Below, piece after piece: positions 51,613-64,000 of a DNA stretch of 64,000 bases (its first letter is position 1; every line of letters starts with the position of its first letter). The stretch lies in the NCBI GenBank assembly GCA_964016885.1, contig OZ024740.1, positions 301,010,001 to 301,074,000 on the forward strand, read 5' to 3'. The DNA is from Eledone cirrhosa. Lineage: Eukaryota. Under the pieces are notes generated by a model. That model made no database searches and was not told the DNA's origin. It saw nothing but the letters and a program-made list of their open reading frames with translations. The position numbers were made by a program, and so were the translations under genes.

Positions 51613-52095
51613 TCTGATTGGTATTGGAAATTCTACCTGTTTTTATGTAAAAAAAGCGGCTCCAGCAGTATTAAAATAAGTTTCGCGCCAATTCGTGTTG
51701 CAAAAATTCTTGTGGTCAAAACAATTTTGATTGGTCGGTAGAGGTCATGTGAATGTTAAAAATTGATTTTGCGCCAAATGTAGGTTTGTGTCGGCTGATT
51801 GAGAAGTCACTGAAAAATAAGTATTTCAAAACAAATATGTGTGTGTATGTGTGTGTGTGTGTAGTAGTAGTAGTAAAGAGTTTCGTTGTTGTGATAATTG
51901 TCAGCAGGGATGTGTGTGCGAACCGCAGCTTGTTGACAGTTCAAATGCCTATTAAGACAAGTGTGTGTGTGTGTAGCGGAGTAATTCGTGGTAGAGGGAT
52001 GGTCAGTAGGAATGTGTCTGTAAGTGTGTGGGGAATATTGTAACATGTTAAAAGATATTTTTATATATCTATATATAACTATATATATCTATATA

Positions 52096-52211
<116 letters not shown>

Positions 52212-52381
52212 CATCTGTACTTTTAACCGTTGGTCAGTGAATGATAAACTTTGATTGCCAAATAAATTAGCTATGGAGATATAACAGATGCAGAAGCAAA
52301 AACCGACCCCAAACAGTGAGTGTGTTCTGTTATTATTTCTGGCAATATTATTACAACAATATGACCCTCCCTAAGTATAAC

Positions 52382-52468
<87 letters not shown>

Positions 52469-52473
<5 letters not shown>

Positions 52474-53614
52474 AACCAGTAAGACCCCGACGGCTGAGCT
52501 CAAGCCGTTTCGACGGCTAATTCTGGACTAAATGAAAATGTATCCTGGTATTTAAATAGCCGATCTTCTCAAGGGGTAATTCCATATATGGTCAAAGTGA
52601 TTGTCAAAAATCAGTAGTAATTCTGTGATTGCAAATTAGTAGGGGAGATGGTGGCTAAACCTGCCAGTAGGAGAAAGAGGGGAGGGGGTGGAGTAGACCC
52701 AATCAAGCGTTGGTAGTGCCAGCTACAGCTGGGCATGAGGTCAAAGAAGATACTGGGGAGGGGGAGGAAGTCGGAACGGTAGGTAGAACAATGGGGGGTA
52801 AAAATATATATGAAAGAAAAAATACTGAGAGTGAAGAAAAGCGGATAAGTGTAAAGAAAAAAGTAAAGCAAGTTCTACGACCTAGGTCTCTAGCTATTGT
52901 TAGGCTAGAATAAATAAAGAAAGAAAGAAAGAAAGAAGTAAAGAAAGAAATAAAGAAATAACGAAATAAGTAAATGAAATAGGTGGGACGGAATAGGCAA
53001 GGACCCTTTTAAGAGGTATAAGTACGTAAATGATACGGTGACGGTTCAACAAATGGGGCCTTTCTTTCTTTATTTATTTATTTATTCTAGCCTAACAATA
53101 GCTAGAGACCTAGGTCGTAGAACTTGCTTTACTTTTTTCTTTACACTTATCCGCTTTTCTTCACTCTCAGTATTTTTTCTTTCATATATATTTTTACCCC
53201 CCATTGTTCTACCTACCGTTCCGACTTCCTCCCCCTCCCCCTCCCCCTCCCCAGTATCTTCTTTGACCTCATACCCAGCTGTAGCTGGCACTACCAACGC
53301 TTGATTGGGTCTACTCCACCCCCTCCCATCTTTCTCCTACTGGCAGATTTAGCCACCATCTCCCCTACTAATTTGCAATCACAGAATTACTACTGATTTT
53401 TGACAATCACTTTGACCATATATGGAATTACCCCTTGAGAAGATCGGCTATTTAAATACCAGGATAAATTTTCATTTAGTCCAGAATTAGTCGTCGAAAC
53501 GGCTTGAGCTCAGCCGTCGGGGTCTTACTGGTTCCTATTACCCACTCTACTACCCCAAGTATTGAGTACTTTGGTGCGTTATGGTCCACCTGGTTCCTTA
53601 CCACATTTCCTTCG

Positions 53615-53615
<1 letters not shown>
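52469..53615. mobile_element. ORF-less foldback element: ~450-bp inverted arms, degenerate HHR in each arm, (TA)n-flanked
   Basis: Arms 52469-52918 and 53077-53538 nearly identical; TTGAGAA-GATCGGCTA...TAG(C/T)CGTC-GAAACGGC; 3' tail matches the 20530 copy. Confidence 0.85.
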
Positions 53616-53648
<33 letters not shown>

Positions 53649-53889
53649 GATAGATGACTAAATCCTATAAATATCAATGTTGCAATGAACAAATCATAGA
53701 TATATTAAACAATTCTAATATTTTACATTCTCTATGAATATAATGTGAATGAATATATAATTGGATGCATTTAAAAAGCATGAAAATCTCGTAAATGTTT
53801 CAATTTTGGATATAAGTAAACGTATTAGAAAAAATTGAAATTGAAGTCGACAGGAGAACATAATGTAAGAGATGTATTATTGTTATGCC

Positions 53890-54640
53890 ACGATTTCGTG
53901 TCGCTAGAACATTAGATAGAATGCTTTGCGGCATTCCTTCCGGCTCTATGCTCATCCCGTGTAAATCCCGCTGTCAGCTGTGCTTTTCATTACCATGAAG
54001 AGGTTCAAAATATTGACAGTCTCCTACTGGGATCGAATTTTCCTCTATTTATATTTCATTTCCTTCACTTTTTGACTTCTTCTAGAAGAGATCTACTGTA
54101 CTCAGGCTTGGGGAGGTGATTGGCCGCCCCATATTTAAAAGTAGGACCAATGTGGCACTTCTACAACCCCCTCAGAAAATTACGGCTCCATAGCGTACAA
54201 TTATTTCAAATTTGCTATAGATCAGTATTTACATGTTAATGTGTTATTTTTTTTCATATATACGTTAATAATTTCCACGTATAACGCCATCGGTAAAATA
54301 CCGTTGTATATTTTTTTATTTTATAAATTTACGAGTTATTTGGAAATGTTTGAGACCGGAAGTCTTGGTATCATTTATATGCTGTGTTGTTTGAAACATA
54401 GCTTAGACAATATAATCCAACAATATTAAAACAATTTAAACAAATAAAAATACTTTTATTTTATGACGTGTTATATATTTGTATACAGTAGTAATGCTGT
54501 AAATTGGGAGAGTCGGATAGAATGTTTTACGGTATTCGTTGTGGATCTTTGCTCTAAGAGTTAAAATCCCACCGAGGTCATGCATGTCATTCATTTAAGG
54601 CTGATAAAAAATTAACAGTCTAGTACAGGAGTCAGTTCTT
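53890..54640 (+). mobile_element. Two old diverged SINE copies (~53890-54040, ~54500-54640)
   Basis: GATAGAATG(C/T)TTT..GG(C/T)ATTC and (T/A)AAATCCC B-box-like remnants. Confidence 0.4.
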
Positions 54641-55664
54641 CCTCTATATCTTTTCTCGCTACGTTTCCCCCACTCTCTACCCTTCTCTGGAAGAAAGCTG
54701 CTGTGTTCAGATATGAAGAGCAGATTGGCTTCTCCAGGTTATATAATGCCCTAGAAACGCTGTATATATTGCACCCCGATGATTTCCCAGGAATTACGGG
54801 TCCATACATACATACAGTAGCAATTAATATTACGTATACAAATGTAAGCAACGAACACATCGGTGTGCAAAGAGAGTCGTTAAAAGTCTATATGCAGTTC
54901 TAAAATTAAGAATTATAACAGCATTTATGTCTGATATTTTAACAAATATTTGAATTCATAACAATGATTGCTAGCATGATAGATGTTCTATTAACACAAA
55001 GAAGCAATTCAGAGATAAAATACCCAGTAAATATTTTAGTTATCAAATTGCAAACATTTGTCTACTCATAACATATTTGAAAAGTATTGCTGGATGCATT
55101 AGGGTCATTGAGGTCATGGGACTAGAGAAACTTGACAGAAGTAGAAGGCTGATTAACGTTATGTAAGTGGAAACAACGATGTGAACCTCATGCTTTTCGG
55201 ACAGTCGGGGGAGACATATCATGAAATTGCCACGTGCACTCGTATTTTTAAGGGTAGGATACGCAATGATGTACCCATTGTGGGATCATCCAGTGAAACA
55301 TCATGTGAGGTAGGAGTATTATACTTCCTCCTCTGCCCGCAATACATCGATAAATATTTGATAGACTAAATCAATGTGCCTCAGGATACAAATTATATGA
55401 AATTATTATTATTAGAATATACATCGATGCAAACAATTCGCATGGAACATGGTGAAGGATAAATCGTAGGGAATTACTGTGGAATGAGCAAGTCTTTGTA
55501 GGTAATGGTTGTAGTAATCGTGTGACCAAATAAATGATATTATTACAAAATTTAACAGAAGTAGGACATTTAAGATGACTAATGCACGTTAGTTATGTTG
55601 GAAGTAAACAATAGGAAGGTGAATTATTCCAGTAGTTCATGTATTTCATAACTTATAGTTAAAA

Positions 55665-56551
55665 AGTTGTGGCACGCCGCCCATGCTTTGCTCTTCCTCT
55701 GAACCACATCATCTTCCGTATACCCAATCTTTGCTCCCAAATACAGGAAGTCCTCAACCAATTCTAGCGGCTTCCCGCCTACATTAGTCATCCCCTCTGG
55801 CTTCTCAACATTCTTTACCAGATATTTTGTTTTAGTCTCATTAATTCTCATCCCCACACTCATCGACACAGTCTGAACCTCCCGCATCAAATCCTCTGCC
55901 TCCTTCACTGTATTTGTTACCAAAACTATGTCGTCGGCAAATTCAGCATCTGATACCGTTTTCGCCTTAACTCTCCTGCTCTGAGCCGGTACTACAGTAA
56001 AGCCAGAGTCCTGGTGTTTCTCCAGTGCAAGGCGCATACAATAGTCCACTACGATGATAAAATCTTTAGATCGGTGTGGAAGTCGGACCATAGTAAAGAC
56101 CTGAAAATCCGCCTCTTCATTGCAGTAGTGGAGTCTGTGCTGCTGTGCGGGTCTGAGACCTGGACACTGACCAAGAAACTCACTCAGATGGTGGATGGGT
56201 ACTACACGAGAATGTTGAGGATGGCTCTGAACATTAATCAGTATACACTGAGGATGAAAAACTCAGAGCTCTATGGGAGCTTCCCAAAAGACAGCTCAAA
56301 AGTGACACAGAGGTGACTGAGGTTAGCTGGACATGCTCACCGACATCCAGAGTTGACATTGCACTCAGCGCTCCTGTGGGAGCCCCTACATGGACACACT
56401 GGAAGAGGAAGACCAAGGTTAACGTATGTTGATGCCCTAAGGACAGACACTGGTCTGTTGGAGTCGCAGGACATGGCAGCGATAATGAGGTACAGAGACC
56501 GCTGGAGAGAACTCGTCCATGGATCTCGGGAATTTTACCCGCCCTAGATAG
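55665..56551. mobile_element. RTE/RTEX-like LINE with inverted 5' segment and 10-bp TSD
   Basis: Minus 56061-55665: FIIVVDY..FADDIVL..FLYLG..KAWAACHN; plus 56064-56547: RSVWKS..ESVLLCGSETWTLT..RLAGH..RGRP; TSD ATAGTTAAAA at 55655-55664 and 56552-56561. Confidence 0.92.
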
Positions 56552-57428
56552 ATAGTTAAAATTACGTTGTTCTCTGATGTTCGATCACTTTATTATATTT
56601 GACAATGCACCTATTTTCACCTTCTCCATATTCAATAATTAGTGCACAACATAACGAGTAAAATTATGGGAGAACAGGTATATCAGTACTTATTAAACAA
56701 AATTTATTCTGGGCGTAATCATATTGCTTCAACGATTTATAGTTCTGAGATCGAATTGAATCAATAAGCTCCGAAGATAATATTTGAAAGAGAACGTATT
56801 AGAAATGCAGATACAATTGGAATATGTTTTTGTTTTCGCATAATGTCATCTATTCTGGTTGCGTCATGTTTCAAAGTACCGATCACACACATTGACCCAA
56901 CTCAGTACTTGAAGGTAGGAATAGATGAATTGTAAAATCTGTTGAATAGTTTACCTGCAAAATAATCTTAGGTGGCTTCTAAAGTAGTGTGAGTTGCTTT
57001 ACATACGCTATCACAGTTAACGGAGGGTTGAGAATAAGAGAAACATTTCTACTAATTGCAGATATTCTAAACAAATAAATTGAGGTAGTCATTTACAATT
57101 TAGCTATAAGACGTAAAAAATTGCGCATGCTTAATTATAATGTAATTATATTCACCACCGTTTCTGGTAAAAAGTAAACTCATTTAATATGCATATAGTA
57201 AAATGAAATATTAAAGTGCATATAAATTGTGTCACTACGTATCATTGAGAAATTAAAATATAAATTAAATCAGAAAAATATGAACAGCATCGTTTTCATT
57301 GATACTACTCATCTACAAGTGAATGCAGTGTATATGATATGCTCTAAATGAATATGTGATAGCAGCTTAAACAACACACACATTCATTCTTAAAAAAACA
57401 CATAAACAGATATGTATATACATGTGTT

Positions 57429-57467
<39 letters not shown>

Positions 57468-57676
57468 AAATGTATGTTAAAGTTAGAGACAGGGAATCTA
57501 GAATAAGGTCGATGAATTGCCGACAGAATATAAAATATTTATTTTATATATTACAACACACTGAATTGAAACGCTTTGAAGCATATTTTAACAAAAATAT
57601 CTGTTCTACTCAGTTACTTTCATACTACTATAAACATTAACACCCGCGCTCATTCATCGACAGTCGCCCAACACAC

Positions 57677-57727
<51 letters not shown>

Positions 57728-58930
57728 CATACTCACACACACATGCACACACATACACACACACGCGCGCACCCTTCCCCTATATATATATACATATATA
57801 TATATATATAGATATATATATATATATATACGCAACTACTCTACTTACTCTTATTCTGCTTTCAGTTATTAAAAGCGTAATTAATATATCAAGCAATTTC
57901 TTACTTGCTTACCCACTGTACTTCACACGAATCGATTTTTCCTTGTGATAAACACATTATCGATTTGGTATCAGCTTAGCCGACCTATCAGAGCGCATGT
58001 TGTCATGGTAACCAAAAATACATTTAATAAGAACGAAATAAATAATATGATAAAATGAAAATAAGACCAGCCTCTGTAGAATTCTAAAGATTCAGCACAA
58101 ACCTACAGTTCATTAAGCTATTTTCGTGTAAAAAATATCAAACAAAAAAGTGAATAAAGGAATAATATTAAAAGAAAAAAAATATAGAAATGATGTATTA
58201 CTGTCTAGAATAATATGTAGAATATGTTTGATTATCAGGCAGATATGATGCGTTAATGAGATGTATTTTTACATTGAGGAAATTTAGTGTGGTTTCAAAC
58301 ATATGCGTCTGGCATTGAGACATATTAAAACATGAATAGAGAATAGAACGTATCTTGCAATAGGTTAATATGTATAAGATATTATCTTGTTAACTTTTGA
58401 AGTATTAATTAAATATGAAATAAATTTAGCCACCTACATTATTACTCCCACTTTCTCTTATATTTATATATTTGTGTGTGTTTGTATAATTATGTATAAT
58501 TTTGTATAATTGTGTAAACACATGAGTATATATGTATATTTGTATGTATACAAACGATATGTATGTAATGAAACGTAACTGGTTCTGTGGATGTTCAACT
58601 GAACTAATAGCACGTTACATTAGTGACTATGTGGCATACACTAGTAACCACGAAATAATCGGCAAGCAAAATAAGTGTTACATGGTGTGTAAAAGGCTGC
58701 AAATTTTAGTTATAACTTAAAACCACGACGTGGGATCCATACATCATACGTGTCACGAATTATATTGAATATTTGTTTCAGTACAGGCAATAGCAAAATA
58801 TCTTTACTAAGGAATCTAAATACTGCGGCCGAACTTGATTGCTTGAACTTGAAGCTAACTGATACATCCCAACCGTGCAGCTGGATTGCAATGTCTGTGA
58901 CAAATGAGTTCATCCTTTCCCTTCTAATAA

Positions 58931-60658
58931 CACCGTGTAACAAAAAAGTATTTTTTCTCTGTTCTTGACTTGTAATCACTTTTTTTGTGTTGCTTAGGTC
59001 CCAAATGAAAAAAAAGTGCTATTAAACGGTTAAAAGTTTGTGTTTGTAAACATTCTAAGCTATTCACTAGAATTATTTGTATGCTGGATTTTACGTTGTA
59101 TGTAAGTTTAAGTTGCTTATGTTAAATGATTTTTTGTATATGTTTCAGGTTAAATTAAAATTATAAAATAAAGAGTAATACCTAAAGAAAATGATAAAAG
59201 TGCAATAAAGTATAAAATTGTTAAAAAGTGGATTAAAGAGATTTATTGATACTGGATTTTCGCACGCTGAATAAAGGGTAAGTTGTGTTTTAAGCATTCG
59301 TATCCAGGATGAAGCAGTGGAACTTGGCCAAGGAGGAACTGCAGGTGACAAGTCAGAGAAGTCAACACGAACCTTTCTCAGGCTTTTACACTCTTAGGGA
59401 TGGCCTCTGCTTCTGTCATGACGTGCCTGGACTGTTTGACGTTATTGGGGTGCCGTTTGTGCCCAAGGACCGGCAGCTATTTATAGACAGCTCCACCACA
59501 AGTTTGAAGGCTGTCCTCCTCCACAATGGAAACAAGTTCCCGGCACTGTCCCTAGCTCATTCAGTCTGCCTGAAGAAAGATTACTACAGTGTGAAAGTCC
59601 TCTTGGAAGCTCTGCAATACAACCAGTACAATTGGGAAATCATTTGAGACTTCAAGATGGTGGCTTTCCTGCTTGGACTCCAATGAGGCTTTGTCAAATT
59701 CCAATGCTTCCTCTCCCTTTGCGACAGCAGAGACACCTCTGACCACTACAAAAGAAAGAACTGGGAGCAACGAACATAATTTGTAGTTGGGAGCCAGAAC
59801 ATCATGTGGGAGCCACTGGTTGATCCCAGGATTGTGCTCATGCCGCCACTGCACATTAAGTTGGGGTTGATGAAGCAGTTTGTAAAGGCTCTCAAACAAT
59901 AATCAGCCGCTTTTAAGTACCTTTTTGAATTCTTCCCCAAGTTATCTGAGGCCAAACTCAAAGGTGGAATTTTTGTTGGATGTCAGGTATGGAAGGTGTT
60001 TGAGTCTACAGAGTTCTCCAATCAGCTCAATAGGATTGAGAGAACAGCATGAAACAGTGTCAAGGCTTCCTGGGCACCTACAGAGCTGATAACTACCAGC
60101 AACTGGTGCAGGATCTGATAAAGGCTTTTGGCGCCATGGGATGCAGGATGTCGCTTAAACTCCATATGCTGGACGCTCACCTGGAAAAATTCAAGGACAA
60201 TATGGGCGCCTACTCAGAAGAACAAGGTGAACGATTCCACCAAGATGTGAAAGAGATATAGCGGAGGTACCAGGCCCACTACAATGAAAAACATGATGGC
60301 GGACTATATCTGGGGCTAGTGCTGGAGTGTGACCTGGACTACAACCGCAAATCCAGGAAATCCAACCATTTCTGACGTGTATAATTTGCTTTATAAGTGT
60401 TATTTGTTTTTACTTGTTTGCTTTTGATAAGCTTGTGTAATAAAATAAATATATACTCTGTTTATTTAATTATATGAACTGATAAATTTTAAAAAAATGT
60501 GTTTTTTCTTGAAAAATATGTAAATTTCGAAATATAAAACTCCTGACCACAAACCCAAACTTCTGATTAAATAATAGTGTTTTTTTTAATAATAATGGGA
60601 TATAACAAACCAAGAAATGACACTTAGAACCGGGGAACAAAAAATTTGTTACACGGTG
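58931..60658 (+). mobile_element. Chapaev3-type (CMC) DNA transposon, internally deleted
   Basis: 14-bp TIR CACCGTGTAACAAA/TTTGTTACACGGTG; TAA on both flanks (TWA-type TSD); transposase remnant inside. Confidence 0.85.
59309..60374 (+). pseudogene. Chapaev3-type transposase, disrupted
   Basis: LFIDSSTTSLKAVLLHNGNK, DFKMVAFLLGLQ, PPLHIKLGLMKQFVKAL, SEEQGERFHQD, MMADYIW; several stops and frameshifts. Confidence 0.88.
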
Positions 60659-61398
60659 TAATTTCAATGGAATACATTTTAAACAGTATTTCTTACTTCT
60701 TGTTTTTTTTCCTTTCTGACGTTTCTTTTTTTTTATTTTTCCTTCCTTTATTTAAGTCTCACGAGACTCTTGCTGATATAAATAGTACAATACCTACCAC
60801 TAGCCGTTATAAGCAATCCCAAGTGCAGCGGTTATGGATTTAATTGCTGAAAGATATTGTTTTGTCTAGCCTTTTACTCCTGGGACCGCGTTTTGGCTTG
60901 TTAGACGCTGTATTCCGGAAGGACATGCAATACCATTTGTAGCGGTCGAAACTGCCTTAGTTTATATTAATGGATGAAAACCTTGGAGTTCGGTGCCTTT
61001 CGTTTGTTATTTTTTGCCATCAAAATTTATTGATTTTTATTTCCGAACATTTTTTTTTGTCGTTCTGCCTTGTTTTTGTTCGTCTTTTTTTCCGTTATCT
61101 TCTCTTTGTCAATTATTCTACTTTCATTATATGTACATAGATATTTACTAATTACTGTGTTGATTATCCGTAGGTGTTATGCTACGACGCCTCGTTGATA
61201 AACAGGTGCAAGCAGGTAAGAGTGGTAAGCATAATGTATATGTATCCAGCATATGGAGAGTCTCGATGCATGAAATAAATATTACTAAAGTAGCTACAAA
61301 ACAAATCCACATTGCTGTCACTGGAATACATAACATGCAATAAATTTGATTGTTTAACAGCTGTCTGAACACACTAATTCCATGTACATATGTATACA

Positions 61399-61430
<32 letters not shown>

Positions 61431-61462
61431 GTTAAAAGAATATAGGTGTAACACACAAGTTA

Positions 61463-61971
<509 letters not shown>

Positions 61972-61989
61972 CGTACATAGTGTGTGTGT

Positions 61990-62042
<53 letters not shown>

Positions 62043-63340
62043 GAAAAAGCCCGAGACATGAAATCTGCATAATTCCATTTCGACAGCTGATGGCCAGGTG
62101 CGGGACCAGGAATAAAACAGGCATATGCTGGACATTCGAACAAGAGAGAAAAAAGATCGCATGCCATTTCCAGATTGCTGATAAAATACAAGCAGAAACA
62201 TACTACAGATTGGTTACCATAAAAATATTATTATCCAATATGCGTAAACCATTGTGTAACTAAACGTGAAGTAACGAGGGTATATTGAAAGATAAAGGAA
62301 CACTTCTCACTCACTGGAAACCAATCATGTGGATATAATTTTACCAGCCTTGTATTATGCTTATGTAAAACGTTTTGAAATGTTATAGATTTTTTAAGGA
62401 GCTATGTTTAAATTCATAACGTGATATTTTGTCATCCTATGCATATTAATATCTGTACATTTATGTGTGGGTGGGGCGCGTCTCAGTATGATTGGATGTG
62501 AATCTGTGTCTCTTCAAAGCTATATGTGTATGAGGGCTTTTATAAATGCGTACACGGTTATGTATAATATACATCACTTATATTTTATCTGCATATCTTA
62601 ATCCATTCTCATCTAATTTTTAAATCATTATTTTCGATATGTAATTTATATAATAATTTGAAGATATGTCGGGGTGTGATATGGGTTTGCCTGTAGGAGA
62701 ATGAAATATTTTCTATAATGTTATATACCTTTCATATAAATTTGTCACAATATTAATCGGATGGGCATGGTTGTAAAAGCCATTACGTTTTTTTTTCCTA
62801 AATCAATCAACCATTACATTTCATTCCCAATTCATTGTTACTCATCGTTCACACTCACATTTAGATTATCACCGTTTTACCGTTTCATTTTGTATCTCCC
62901 TATCAAAATATTAGATTAAGCCGACATTTCACCAATTATATGATCATATATTAACTATATTCTTGTATATATGAGCTTTGTTGATAATTGTGCATATATC
63001 CTTATATTATATATACCCACTTCTTATTTTATTGATTATTATGTCCCCTAAATATAAAGACAAAATATTATAAAACTAAACCTAAGTGTTCTCTACATCA
63101 TTTTCACCGTTCTTTCAGGATCCTCATGAAAATTGCTAGCGCGAAACTCGAATTAACACCTAGTAAAATATTTGATGCAAATGCAATAATTAATATATCA
63201 CGTATTGAACATTTTTTATCTCGTCTCAAAGATTATTCGTGCAATAACAATGTGGGAAGTGGGGGTTTAATGGCCAACATTTATACAAATTGCTCTCAAT
63301 GAGATTCAAAAACAATAGCGACGACCATGTTTCTCTGAAC

Positions 63341-63460
<120 letters not shown>

Positions 63461-63499
63461 GTGGATGTGAGGATAATCTAATCCTTTGCTGGTGATTTA

Positions 63500-63600
63500 T
63501 TTGTTGACCTTGAATGTTGGGTTCGGTGGGATTCGAATTCCCAACGAAGAGAGCTGGAGTGAATAACGTAAAATGTTCTATCCAATCCCTGCAAATTCAA
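63500..63600 (-). mobile_element. Old SINE head remnant
   Basis: Minus strand TTGGATAGAACATTTTACG...GAATTCGAATCCCACCGA (B-box-like). Confidence 0.4.
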
Positions 63601-64000
63601 CTCGTACCTATAAACCTTCTCCTCTCGTGTCTCGAATAATCGTCCCTACCCCGCTTGTTCATTTTTCAGTTTTTTTCCACTACCCCACTCTTACACCCCT
63701 GGGTTATTAAATTTTGCGAATCTACCTCCGTCGAAATTTAATTTTAAGTGGTAGCATTCCTACAACAATTAATTTTCTGTATAAATAAAAAAAAAAAAAT
63801 TCATATGACCAAAAAATATATTTCTGGAAATCCCATACGTTATAAAACAAATAGGATGAGTCTCAATATGTAAACGAATTGTGTTGTTTTTTAAATATGA
63901 TAAAATGAAAATAGAAAAGTTCCCGATTTCCCAACCACCCTATTTAATTTAACAACCCCGCTTACCCAAACACACACACTATTATGTGTGACCCTAGATT

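Noticed and set aside
52611-53396. Mirror-image 67-90 aa ORFs
   Set aside because: By-products of the inverted repeat; low complexity, no recognisable domain
60914-60960. CCGGAAG-GAC...GTC-GAAAC HHR-like motif
   Set aside because: Core too degenerate and no helix I or III support

Overview
Eukaryotic, AT-rich and microsatellite-saturated window with no recognisable host protein-coding exon. The SINE and repeat landscape suggests an octopus or other coleoid mollusc; this is inference, not proven. Almost all interpretable sequence is transposon-derived: at least seven Penelope-like element (PLE) coding remnants of several apparent lineages, a tRNA-derived SINE family, Tx1/L1-like and RTE-like LINE fragments, a Helitron Rep-helicase pseudogene, a mariner fragment and a complete-ended Chapaev3-type DNA transposon. 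The most striking signal is about 18 hammerhead-ribozyme (HHR)-like motifs (CUGANGA...GAAA...NUH) found by eye on both strands, four of them with essentially complete folds. Several sit in ORF-less inverted (foldback) PLE termini embedded in (TA)n, so that both strands encode a ribozyme. Also present: a clean twin-priming-type inversion in a non-L1 LINE with a 10-bp TSD, a 406-bp spacer-less palindrome, and a 9.5-kb chain of directly fused truncated elements. All identifications are by manual motif recognition; no searches were run.
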